Source of the DNA: Macrostomum lignano
Taxonomy: Eukaryota
Assembly: GCA_002269645.1 (NCBI GenBank)
Contig: NIVC01000090.1
Coordinates: 1 to 64,000, forward strand
DNA: 64,000 bases
Direction: 5' to 3'
Shown here piece by piece: positions 49,867-62,200 of the stretch. Both the position numbers and the translations under genes were made by a program. Each line of letters begins with the position of its first letter. Positions within the stretch are counted from its first letter, which is position 1. The notes under the pieces are model-generated. The model did not search any database, was not told the DNA's origin, and was given only the letters and a program-made list of their open reading frames with translations.

Positions 49867-50699
49867 AAATTTGAGTGTCAAAAGAAAGAGTGCTGCTCAC
49901 TCATGATAATAGAATTCCGCAGAGGCCTCCTGCTAGCCGCGAATATGATGCCTGGTGCATGCACTTTAACTAAGCCAACGGTGCGAGTATGTAATGGCTG
50001 CTAACCTTTAAACCTGACTCCGTTTTAACTGGCTCCGCCCTCTTGTCCAGTGCTATAAGCTAGCATCATAGTTTTGCAGCAACCTGACACCTGGTTGGTA
50101 AATAGTGGCACCGTGATGCAAAGGCGAGGAATTCAGAGGTGAGCAGAGTCAGCAGCAGCTGCAGCAGAAATCCTTTTTTTGAGAAGAGGGAAAATTGGCT
50201 TGCAGTGTGCTCCAGGTCGGTGTTTTTTCGTCCACTACCTCTGCCAACAGATTCTAGGGCAGCAGGAAAATGCTATTTTTTCCACATGGTTTGGATGGTC
50301 ATGCACACTAGCATTTGGTGAATCCATTTATGCAAATTTGAGCTTAGCATCGAATTTAAATAAATTTTATTTTTTATTGATTCTCTTGCTTCAAAAAACA
50401 GCAATTCGACTCGATAATTTTTAATATTCTACATTCTACATGCTGCAAGAGATGACTGATCAATAAACAACTATAAGGAAGCACCTTTCTAAGGATTCGC
50501 TTAGATTTATCTTTCCAATTTCTCTTCGTTCGCTGGGTACTTTCTCCTCTGTTCTCGTCATAAATTTTAGTATTTTCAATTTCCCGGAAAGTACAAACTA
50601 ACGTCCAGAGCAGCAGCATCCATTCTGGATTGCCGGTCAATTTCCTCCTTTCTGTGCGGTTTACATAACAAAAAGTACTTGCTGCTCTTGAGTACTGAT

Positions 50700-50905
50700 T
50701 CGGGGGTGTGGCAGAGCAGCTCTGGTAAAGGCGTCTGGCTGTTACGTCCTTGGTTCGATTCCGCGCGCGCCGCTTGATTGCACGAAAATTGAACCTTGTC
50801 GTGCGATTCAACCCCCAAGGCACAGAAAGTGTACATGCCTGACATTAGAAAAGTCAGGGCCGCTGTGCACCCTGTGTGAGCGTGTGCATGAGTGCCGTGC
50901 CTGAG
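50700..50905 (+). mobile_element. tRNA-derived SINE copy
   Basis: A-box-like TGGCAGAGC..TGG and B box GGTTCGATTCC (50752-50762). The body is shared with the copies at 25759-25785 and 26617-26648. Confidence 0.6.
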
Positions 50906-51036
50906 TACAGTATTGGTGCGCTTGTGTGTGCTCAGGAGCCAGCAGCAGAATTACTTCAGCGCTGGTTGTGGGTCTATTTTCCTGATGGAGTTGTGCCCGC
51001 AGCGCTCCTACCATTACCAATATTAATGTTAAATGT

Positions 51037-52072
<1,036 letters not shown>

Positions 52073-53704
52073 CAAACATAAAAGAAGCGTCATTGAGGAA
52101 TTGCTAGGATACCAAGGTTCGGGGTCGGGTGGGGGGGGGGGTTTCTTTAATGCTGCGATTCTCAGGGTTAATTTATGAGATGTTAGGTCTTACGGGGGAA
52201 TTTCTGACAAGTCAGAAAATATTTATTCCATTCTTTGTTGCATACCCAACGGGAGGGCGCTGATTGCTACTCGTAGTCCATACACTAATTCAAGCTAAGC
52301 TTCCATGCGGGAAACATAGAAACAAGGGAAGGAGGAATAAAGCTTTTTATTAATATACTAGCGATTATTATTATTAAAAATCAATAAATATTACACCATT
52401 CAATTATTTATTGATCACAAAAATTAAGTAAACTGTGGTCCAATTTATAACGCTAAAAAACTTAAAATATTATATTTCTATTGGTTCTATTGATTATTTT
52501 GGTTTCAATCTGAACAAGACCGTACGGAAATAATTGAGCAAAATAACGCGATATTTCAGATCATGCGTTCATTTCGTCCGTTTGCATATCATTTTGTAGA
52601 TTTCGTTGGCAAATTGTTTTAATCTGTCGATCAGTTCTCGGCGGTAAGCAGCATGTTTATCGATTTGGAATAGGGCAGCAGCTGCTATATTGATGTCGCT
52701 GCAGTTCCTGAATGAGGTCTGTAAAACAATTATTGGCAGCTGTGAAACTTGTTTACGCTGTTAATTATATGCAAACATGCAACCTGTCACTCTTTTTAGA
52801 AAAAAAATCTGTTTCTGTTCTTACGCTTTAGCTTAAGCTTAGTATTGCTTATTCGGAACCAACGCATCTCATCACATTTGTTGTGCTACAGGCCGGATCG
52901 CGACTCTGATTATCTCAGTGAACGAGCCGAAGATGGCGCCAGTCAACTGGCCGGACTGACTTCGGACTCTGAGCGAGGGATCGCGTCGAGAGACTTGATC
53001 AGCCCGTCCCTATTGCACGAATTAATGCCCGCCAGTCCCTCAAATGAGAGAAACACTCTTTTATCTTTTATCACTCTTTTATCTTCACGAAGCAGCGGCG
53101 ATAGCAGTAGGGGAGGCTTCTCTCAACTTCGCTCTTCAGTTCTGGCTGGGTAAATTCTGAGAAACCGAGTACAACTTCGGGTCTGATTGCAATACTAGAA
53201 CTTATGGCTGTGTCTTGCACAATTCAACCAAAGAGATGCCTCCCCTACCGCCGCTCCTGCACACATTTATATTTACGCTAGCTTGTTGAGCTAGCCAGCT
53301 AGCCAAAATTACGATCGTCTTATAAAAGTTACAAAGGCGGGGTCGCGTTTGGAGGGGGGAAAGAATACAAGCCGATTGGCTGGACCACCAGCCAATCGCA
53401 GGGCGAGCGAGGGAGCGCACTGGAGCCGCAGCCAGCCAAAACCGGCTGACCTAACAGACAGTGGGGTGGGTGCAACTGTGGCGAATACAGAATGGGGGGG
53501 CGGGGGTTGACGCAGACAGAATGGGGGAGGGGGGTTGACGCAAACAGAAACAGAATGGGGGGTTGGCGCAGGCACGCGGCCGGGAGGGGTGGGAGTGCAG
53601 TGCCGGGCACACTTGACCGAGAGCCAAAGATTGCTCATCGGTGCAAGTGCACCCGGGCACAACACATTCTTTAATGAGGTCTATGATCAGGTATCCTAGG
53701 ATCA

Positions 53705-53845
53705 GGCTTTTCGGTCATTATGTCAGGCTTATTTGTCAGCTTCACTAATCAGGTTTTCTTGTCAGCTCCACTGGTCAGATTTTCTTGTCAGCTTCACTAA
53801 TCAGGTTTTCTTGTCAGCTTCACTAATCAGGTTTTTTGTCAGGTT
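53705..53845. repeat. 26-bp short tandem repeat (TCAGGTTTTCTTGTCAGCTTCACTAA)
   Basis: About 4-5 units. Confidence 0.75.
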
Positions 53846-53934
53846 GGGTTCCTGAGTTATTTTTCAAATGGGCAGCCAGCCCAGGCATTAGTCAACAAAA
53901 TCATAAGAATTGCCATCGTTTTGAGATCACATTT

Positions 53935-54890
53935 CGATGGATAGACTGATCATCAATAGCTACAGTAGATAGACTGATCATCAATAGCTACAGTAGATAG
54001 ATAGACTGATCATCAATAGCTACAGTAGATAGACTGATCATCAATAGCTACAGTAGATAGACTGATCATCAATAGCTACAGTAGATAGATAGACTGATCA
54101 TCAATAGCTACAGTAGATAGACTGATCATCAATAGCTACAGTAGATAGACTGATCATCAATAGCTACAGTAGATAGACTGATCATCAATAGCTAAAGTAG
54201 ATAGATAGACTGATCATCAATAGCTACAGTAGATAGACTGATCATCAATAGCTACAGTAGATAGACTGATCATCAATAGCTACAGTAGATAGACTGATCA
54301 TCAATAGCTAAAGTAGATAGACTGATCATCAATAGCTACAGTAGATAGACTGATCATCAATAGCTACAGTAGATAGACTGATCATCAATAGCTACAGTAG
54401 ATAGACTGATCATCAATAGCTAAAGTAGATAGATAGACTGATCATCAATAGCTACAGTAGATAGATAGACTGATCATCAATAGCTACAGTAGATAGACTG
54501 ATCATCAATAGCTACAGTAGATAGACTGATCATCAATAGCTAAAGTAGATAGATAGACTGATCATCAATAGCTACAGTAGATAGACTGATCATCAATAGC
54601 TACAGTAGATAGATAGACTGATCATCAATAGCTACAGTAGATAGATAGACTGATCATCAATAGCTACAGTAGATAGATAGACTGATCATCAATAGCTACA
54701 GTAGATATACTGATCATCAATAGCTACAGTAGATAGACTGATCATCAATAGCTATCTGATAGGCTCAATCTGGCCTATCATCAATAGCTACAGTAGATAG
54801 ATACACTAATCATCAATAGCTACAGTAGATATATAGGCTGATCATCAATAGCTATCTGATAGGCTCAATCTGGCCTGTCATCAATAGCTA
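53935..54890. repeat. 28-bp minisatellite (GATAGACTGATCATCAATAGCTACAGTA), with +GATA 32-bp variants
   Basis: Read directly. Confidence 0.95.
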
Positions 54891-55499
54891 CAGTTTTAGT
54901 TTGTATAGTGTCACCTGAACTTTCAGCGCTAGCGAGCTAACTACGGAGCTCCTAATGCATGTTAAATTCCCATAGGCGGAAATCAGTGAGGCGGAGAAAA
55001 TTGCGGAATTGGTGAATGCGGGATTTTTTCCGCGTGCTAGGGCATTTTCTGCAACAATTCCATTTTTCAGGGCTTCATATATTTTCCAATTAGACATGGT
55101 GCTTGATCTACGTCCTATAACTACGGTGGGATATAAGCATTAAGGACCATTTCTACATGTCTCTACAGTACAGTTAAGTTTCAAAGTGGGAAAGTTCTCT
55201 CTGTTTTTTTTAAATTAACGAGCTGGATATTAAAATCACGAATACATAGGCGACAAAAGCAGAAATGTCTAATAAAAGTTTTTCTTTGAGTTTGCTACAG
55301 CACACAACACTGATCTAAGAATACAGTACTGTAAAATCTTGTATTGTCGTTATATTTGGATTCGCTGTTTAAATCAAAGTACAATTGTCTCTCTGCTTCG
55401 ATCTGGCCTTCTGTCGCTGGGTCATCCATCACTTCGGGTCATCTGTCGTTAGGTTATCTATCCCTTCAGACTCCGTCAATAACTCTGTTTCCCATCCCT

Positions 55500-56603
55500 T
55501 CAAACAGCCGTTACTCGGCATGTAGTATCGCCGTAAACCAACAGTTCGACAGCAACAACCTGATGCTCTTCCCGCAGCGGTTCAAGTTCACAAGCAGCAG
55601 CCTCGGCAGCAACAACAGCAACAACGGGCCCTTCTCTCCGCTGTCGCATTTCAACTCTTCGACTTTCGTTAATGGTTGCACGATTTTGAAGAACAGCTTT
55701 CGAACAGCGGCGTCTAATTGCAAGCATCAATTGCTGTCGGAAGCTGGTGCTAAACGCCAGCATGACGAACAGATTCAGACAGGTGTCAATGACAATTAGC
55801 AGGTGGTTAACCCGGTACAGGATGTGCATAATCTCGGCAAAGTAGCGCGGAAACGCTGATATGCCGGTAGTCATGAGCCGGATAATGCCCAAGTACACAA
55901 CTAAAGCGTACGGCAACTCTAACAAGATGAAGGACACTGCAATTGTCACAACTATTTTACTAGCCTGACTCTCGCGGCGTTGAAAATTGAACACATTACT
56001 GCGGCGAATGTAATAAACGATTAGTGCGGCTGTCACAGCGATTATCGACCCGGCAACTACTGTGTTTAGAAAGTGCCTGACCAGTGCCAGGGCGCGGCTC
56101 AGGCTCTTAGCTGTCTGGCCGGTGAAGTAGTTCACCAACAGGAGGTCCAGGCAGCTCCAGCAGGTGCTGAAGATGGCCGCGGTTGAGAACAGCCAAGCCT
56201 GCTGCCTGCGGGACATGATCTGCCGGCTGAGGAATGGCTGTCTGACGGCCACAGTCCTAGCCAGAGTCATCACGCACAGCCAGTAATTCCTTAGCAGATG
56301 AAATGCTTCAAAGCTGAAATTGAATTTCTCAACCACTCGGATACGTTCCTCGCCGCCAGTCCAGAGCTCGGAGTGCATGATGAGCAGGGACAGGTTGATG
56401 CCAATTTCAGTCACAGCCAGAAGCAGTACACCTTTGGCGCCTGTGCGCGATCCAATGCTGCCGAGAGCCGCCACCAGGCTGATATTCAGCGCTAGGCTGA
56501 GCAAGTTGAACGCCTGTACGGTGATCGCCAGTCTTTGCGACGCCGCTCCCGGATCCGGGAAGGCGTCCTCCGCGTCCGAAGTGTCGTTGCTGTTTTGGGC
56601 CAT
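55500..56603 (-). CDS. Intronless divergent class A (rhodopsin-like) GPCR, ~367 aa, orphan peptide-receptor-like
   Basis: Seven hydrophobic segments. TM3 ends MTLARTVAVRQPF (ERY/DRY position), TM6 is SFILLELPY and TM7 is DTCLNLFVM. N-terminal NxT sequon; ATG at 56603. Confidence 0.85.
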   Translation of the reverse strand: MAQNSNDTSDAEDAFPDPGAASQRLAITVQAFNLLSLALNISLVAALGSIGSRTGAKGVLLLAVTEIGINLSLLIMHSELWTGGEERIRVVEKFNFSFEAFHLLRNYWLCVMTLARTVAVRQPFLSRQIMSRRQQAWLFSTAAIFSTCWSCLDLLLVNYFTGQTAKSLSRALALVRHFLNTVVAGSIIAVTAALIVYYIRRSNVFNFQRRESQASKIVVTIAVSFILLELPYALVVYLGIIRLMTTGISAFPRYFAEIMHILYRVNHLLIVIDTCLNLFVMLAFSTSFRQQLMLAIRRRCSKAVLQNRATINESRRVEMRQRREGPVVAVVAAEAAACELEPLREEHQVVAVELLVYGDTTCRVTAV

Positions 56604-56929
56604 GGACTCAAGAAACAATTGACTGAGCTTGATGGATAATTACCGGTATTCTCCTCGCCCTGTTTAAATAGCCCTATCACGGATTTCAATGCCTTGAGAT
56701 TCTATTGGCTAAGAGAGTGACGACATCGTTATAGGCTGGTAAACATCGGAGCAGGTTTACTTGCCGATGTTTTCCCTTCTGTGCCGTGTTGGTCAGTGAA
56801 ATTTGTCTGTTTTTGCTATCCGGTTCTCCGATTCCTGGAGCAGTAAACAGCCTCCCTGACCGACTTGAACTGTACAGCTTGGCTCACTTAAGCCAACTTA
56901 AAATCTGACAATCTTGCTAACCGACTGAC

Positions 56930-59090
56930 ATCTAACTGACAACTTCACTGACAAACTAAAAACCTCACTGACAAACTGAACACCTCACTGACAAACTGGA
57001 AACCTCACTGACCTACTGACAACCTCAATGAAAAGCTGACAACCTCAATGACAAGCTGACAACCTCACTAACCAACTGACAAACTCACTGACAAATTGAC
57101 AACCTCACTGACAAACTGACAACCTCATTGACAAACTGACAATCTCACTGACAAATTGACAACCTCACTGACAAACTGACAACCTCATTGACAAATTGAC
57201 AACCTCACTGACAAATTGACAACCTCACTGACAAACTGACAACCTCACTGACAAACTGAACACCTCACTGACAAACTGGAAACCTCACTGACAAACTGAA
57301 CACCTCACTGACAAACTGGAAACCTCACTGACAAACTGAACACCTCACTGACAAACTGGAAACCTCACTGACCTACTGACAACCTCAATGAAAAGCTGAC
57401 AACCTCAATGACAAGCTGACAACCTCACTAACCAACTGAAAAACTCACTGACAAATTGACAACCTCACTGACAAACTGACAACCTCATTGACAAACTGAC
57501 AATCTCACTGACAAATTGACAACCTCACTGACAAACTGACAACCTCACTGACAAATTGACAACCTCACTGACAAATTGACAACCTCACTGACAAACTGAC
57601 AACCTCACTGACAAACTGAACACCTCACTGACAAACTGGAAACCTCACTGACCTACTGACAACCTCAATGAAAAGCTGACAACCTCAATGACAAGCTGAC
57701 AACCTCACTAAACAACTGACAAACTCACTGACAAATTGACAATCTCACTGACAAACTGACAACCTCATTGACAAACTGACAATCTCACTGACAAATTGAC
57801 AACCTCACTGACAAACTGAAAACCTCACTGACAAACTGAACACCTCACTGACAAACTGGAAACCTCACTGACAAACTGGAAACCTCACTGACAAACTGGA
57901 AACCTCACTGACCTACTGACAACCTCAATGAAAAGCTGACAACCTCAATGACAAGCTGACAACCTCACTAAACAACTGACAAACTCACTGACAAATTGAC
58001 AATCTCACTGACAAACTGACAACCTCATTGACAAACTGACAATCTCACTGACAAATTGACAACCTCACTGACAAACTGACAACCTCACTGACAAATTGAC
58101 AACCTCACTGACAAACTGAACACCTCACTGACAAACTGGAAACCTCACTGACCTACTGACAACCTCAATGAAAAGCTGACAACCTCAATGACAAGCTGAC
58201 AACCTCACTAAACAACTGACAAACTCACTGACAAATTGACAATCTCACTGACAAACTGACAACCTCATTGACAAACTGACAATCTCACTGACAAATTGAC
58301 AACCTCACTGACAAACTGACAACCTCATTGACAAACTGACAATCTCACTGACAAATTGACAACCTCACTGACAAACTGACAACCTCACTGACAAATTGAC
58401 AACCTCACTGACAAACTGAACACCTCACTGACAAACTGGAAACCTCACTGACCTACTGACAACCTCAATGAAAAGCTGACAACCTCAATGACAAGCTGAC
58501 AACCTCACTAACCAACTGACAAACTCACTGACAAATTGACAACCTCACTGACAAACTGACAACCTCACTGACAAATTGACAACCTCACTGACAAACTGAA
58601 CACCTCACTGACAAACTGGAAACCTCACTGACCTACTGACAACCTCAATGAGAAGCTGACAACCTCAATGACAAGCTGACAACCTCACTAACCAACTGAC
58701 AAACTCACTGACAAATTGACAACCTCATTGACAAACTGACAATCTCACTGACAAATTGACAACCTCACTGACAAACTGACAACCTCACTGACAAATTGAC
58801 AACCTCACTGACAAATTGACAACCTCACTGACAAATTGATAACCTCACTGACAAACTGACAATCTCACTGACAAACTCACTGACCAACTAACAACCTCTT
58901 TGACAAACTGACAATCTCACTGACAAACTAACAACCTCTTTGACAAACTGACAACCTCGCTGACAAACTGACAAACTTATTGACAACTTGACAACCTCAC
59001 TGACAAACTGACAACCTCTTTGACGAACTGACAACCTCACTGACATAATGATAACCTCACAGACGAACTGACAACCTCACTGACACACTG
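56930..59090. repeat. 20-bp satellite (TGACAACCTCACTGACAAAC), ~2.1 kb, with higher-order blocks
   Basis: Register is kept without indels over ~1.9 kb. A variant marker block recurs at multiples of 20 nt. Confidence 0.97.
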
Positions 59091-59258
59091 GAAGCTTTAA
59101 CATGAAGTTTTCTAAAAGGTTCAGCCATAGAGATTTTATTACCTTAATGTTGCCTTGGCTCAATTCTTTATTTTTAATGCTCGCCTCTCTCTCTCTCTCT
59201 CTCGATTTATAATTGATTTTTTACTATCAACTAAGCCAAAATCTTGATACTCACCGCC

Positions 59259-62200
59259 ATGGCGTCCTACGTCGCCGGCAACACGTCGGAAGCTTCAGTC
59301 CGGCAGAAGGACATCTTCAACATCGAATGCCTGACCATCGTCAACAACTACAGGCGAGTGCACGGCGTGCCACATCTGTGCTATTCGGAGAAGCTGGCCG
59401 AGAAGGCGCAGGTCTGGGCTAGCAAGCTCGCCATGGAGGACAAAGACCTGCTGCACGACCCGGCAATACTGGCGGCTGAGAGCAGCGCCAGCGTTGACTG
59501 GCGACGAACTGACGGAGAAAATGTTGGAGTCACCAATCCGCGAATCAACTCGTACTACGAAGGTTGTTGTTTTTCTTCTTTTCGTTGTTCAGTTTCGCCG
59601 GGGGTGCTAGCTTTACATGCCAGCGGTAGCGAATGAAACATTAAGGAGTTAGATCTTAGCAACCAACTTTACCGCCCTTTACCGTCTTGACGTCCCTAGC
59701 AACCAAATTTGACCACCCCAGTAATTGTCTTCGCGTCCCTAGCAACCAACTTTCCACCATATAGCAATTGTCTTGGCGTCCCTAGCAACCAAATTTTACA
59801 ACCCTGGTAATCGTCCTGGCGGCTCTAGCAACCAACTTGATGCCCCTAGCAACCAAATTGACGCATCAAGCAACCAAGTTCTTTAACTTTTGATTCGATA
59901 AACGTATGAACCTGAAATTTTCACCCAAATATTTTACACAAATGAACAACTAATAGCTTTATTTTAAGCCTTATATAGCTGCAGGCAACTGTGTAATCGT
60001 AAATTAAAGACCATCTGTTGATTCCTCACCAAGCTAAGGTAATCTGTGAACTCGGTTGTCACAAACTGAGGTCCGTTGTCCGTGGTAATTTCGTCTGGAA
60101 GCCCCAAGCGGACGAACAGGCTGCGAAGGGCATCGATACAGGCAGCGGAAGTCACGGATGAAGATGCGATGAATCAGGCCACTTAGAGTAGAGATCGTGA
60201 ACGACGATGAAAAATCGATGGGACTGTGGCACATTGGCTTCCGGCAGATCTCCAACGATATCGACTTGCAGCTGCCGCCATGGACCCGCTGGTAGCTCCG
60301 TCGCTGACCATGGGACCTTGATCGGCGTGAGCGCCTTTTTGGACAGAACGCAGGCGCTGCAGTTCCGCACGAAGGCTTCCACGTCGCTGTCGATGCAAGG
60401 CCACCAGACCGTATCGCGGCACCGCGCCTTGACCTTGGCGACGCCGAGATGTCCTTGATGCGCCTCTGCCAGCACAAGGTCGCGGAGGTCAGTCGGGATG
60501 ACGGCTCGGCTGCCTCTCGCCAGGCAGCAACCATCGTTCCACAGGTAGAGCTCATGTTGCACCTGGTGGAAGCCCTTCAGGTCGGCTGGAACCTCGGCTG
60601 GCCATCCGTTGATGAGGAACCCGATGACTCGCTGCAGTTGGTTGTCGCTCTTGGTTGCATCGGCCAGTTGAGTAACTGAGATCGGTTCGGCGCTTCTGAC
60701 CAGCACCAGGTTGATGTCGGACTCGCTCTGGTGCTGTTCGTTAGACTCGTTGGCTGCGCTCTTGCCGTCGTAGCCGTAGCGAGACAGAAAGTCGGGCTGG
60801 ACCTTGAGCTTACTCGATGTCGAAGTCGTAGACGAAGAGTCGCTCGCACCGGCGCTGAAGTTGAAGAGGTCGTTGGCCGACTCCTCGAGGTGACAGCAGG
60901 GTCGTCAGCGCTTGATGGTCGGTGAGAAGCTTGAACTTGCGACGGTACAGCAGTAGGTGCCAATGCTCGCAGCTCCAGACGCAGGCCAAGGCCTCCTTCT
61001 CTGACGCAGAGTAGCGGCGCTCGGTGTCGAACAGGGCTCGCAAGGCGAAGGCGACTGGCCGCAGCTGTCCGTGCTCGTCGACTGGCTCAGGGTCGCGCCC
61101 AGGGCGACGTCGCTGCTGTCGCAGGAGACGACGGTCTCGTGATCTTGGTCGAAGAACTTCAGGCACGGTGCTGATGAGATGAGCCGCTTCACCTCGCTGA
61201 AGGCTGCCTCGCATTTTGCGTCCCAGTTCCATGGCGTGTCCTTGCGCAGGAGCGCTGTCAGCGGCTCGGCGACATGAGACAGGTTCTTGATGTAGAACTG
61301 GAAGAACTTTGCAAAGCCGAGGAATGAAGCCAACTCTGCCGTATTGGTGGATGCCTTGAGTTTCGATACGGAGGACCCGAAATACGCGACTTTCGTGCTC
61401 GGCTTCCGTAGCGGCGTGAACGGCGATGTCGTCTTGATAGTGAACGACGCCTCTGATGCCTTGGAGGATCTTGCCGACGACCTTCTGGAAGGCTGCTGGA
61501 GCCGCGCTGATGCCGAACGGCATCCTTCTGAATCGGTAGAGGCCGGATTCGGTGTGGAAGCATGTCAGATTCTTGGCGCCATCGTGCAGAGGCAGCTGTA
61601 GATACGACTGGTTGAGGTCGATCCTTGAGAAAAACTCAGAATTGTTTAATTCTGTCACCAGGTCGGCGAAGGTAGGCAGTGACATCGAGTCCGGGATGAT
61701 CGCCTTGTTGACGCTTCGCAAATCAACGCAGAGGCGCAGCTTCCCATCGGCCTTGCGGGCACAGGTGACGTTGGACTGCCAGTCGGGGATGTCGCCGTCG
61801 ACTCGCTCGATAATGCCTTCTTCCTCCCAGCGTTGAATCTCGCTGTCGCACTCCTGACGCAGCGCTAGAGGCAGTCGGCGCAGACGCTGAGCTACGGGCG
61901 GCACATTTGGGTCGACTCTTGGACGGTGGCAGAACCCTTTGATCTCACCGAGTCCGGTGCCCAGGACGTGGTACTTAGCTGTCTCCCAGACGGTCGCAGG
62001 GGGACCTTTTGGCCGAAAGGCTTCCGTCAGGTCTGCATGTTGATGATGGAGACCTTGGCAGCTGTGTCCACCAACAGCGGAGTGCTGAACCCGTTGATCC
62101 TGACGCTGGCTCTCTTGTACTCGCCCTTCTTGTCCGTGCTGACGGCGAAGATGCTTAGCTGAGCGGAGCTGTCAAAGTCGACGCCTTGAATCTTCTTCTG

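Noticed and set aside
50374-50690. 149-aa minus-strand ORF
   Set aside because: It starts inside a SINE on the opposite strand, and no family could be recognised for the remainder.
54888-55097. 69-aa ORF MSNWKIYEALKNG...
   Set aside because: No recognisable domain. It overlaps CCGCAATT-type motifs resembling a TE end and runs into the 28-bp array.
55500-56603. This GPCR being the receptor for the CCAP-like peptide at 11613-11929
   Set aside because: They are 44 kb apart, ligand-receptor linkage is not expected in animals, and the receptor lacks the conserved vasopressin/NPS-family motifs typical of CCAP receptors.
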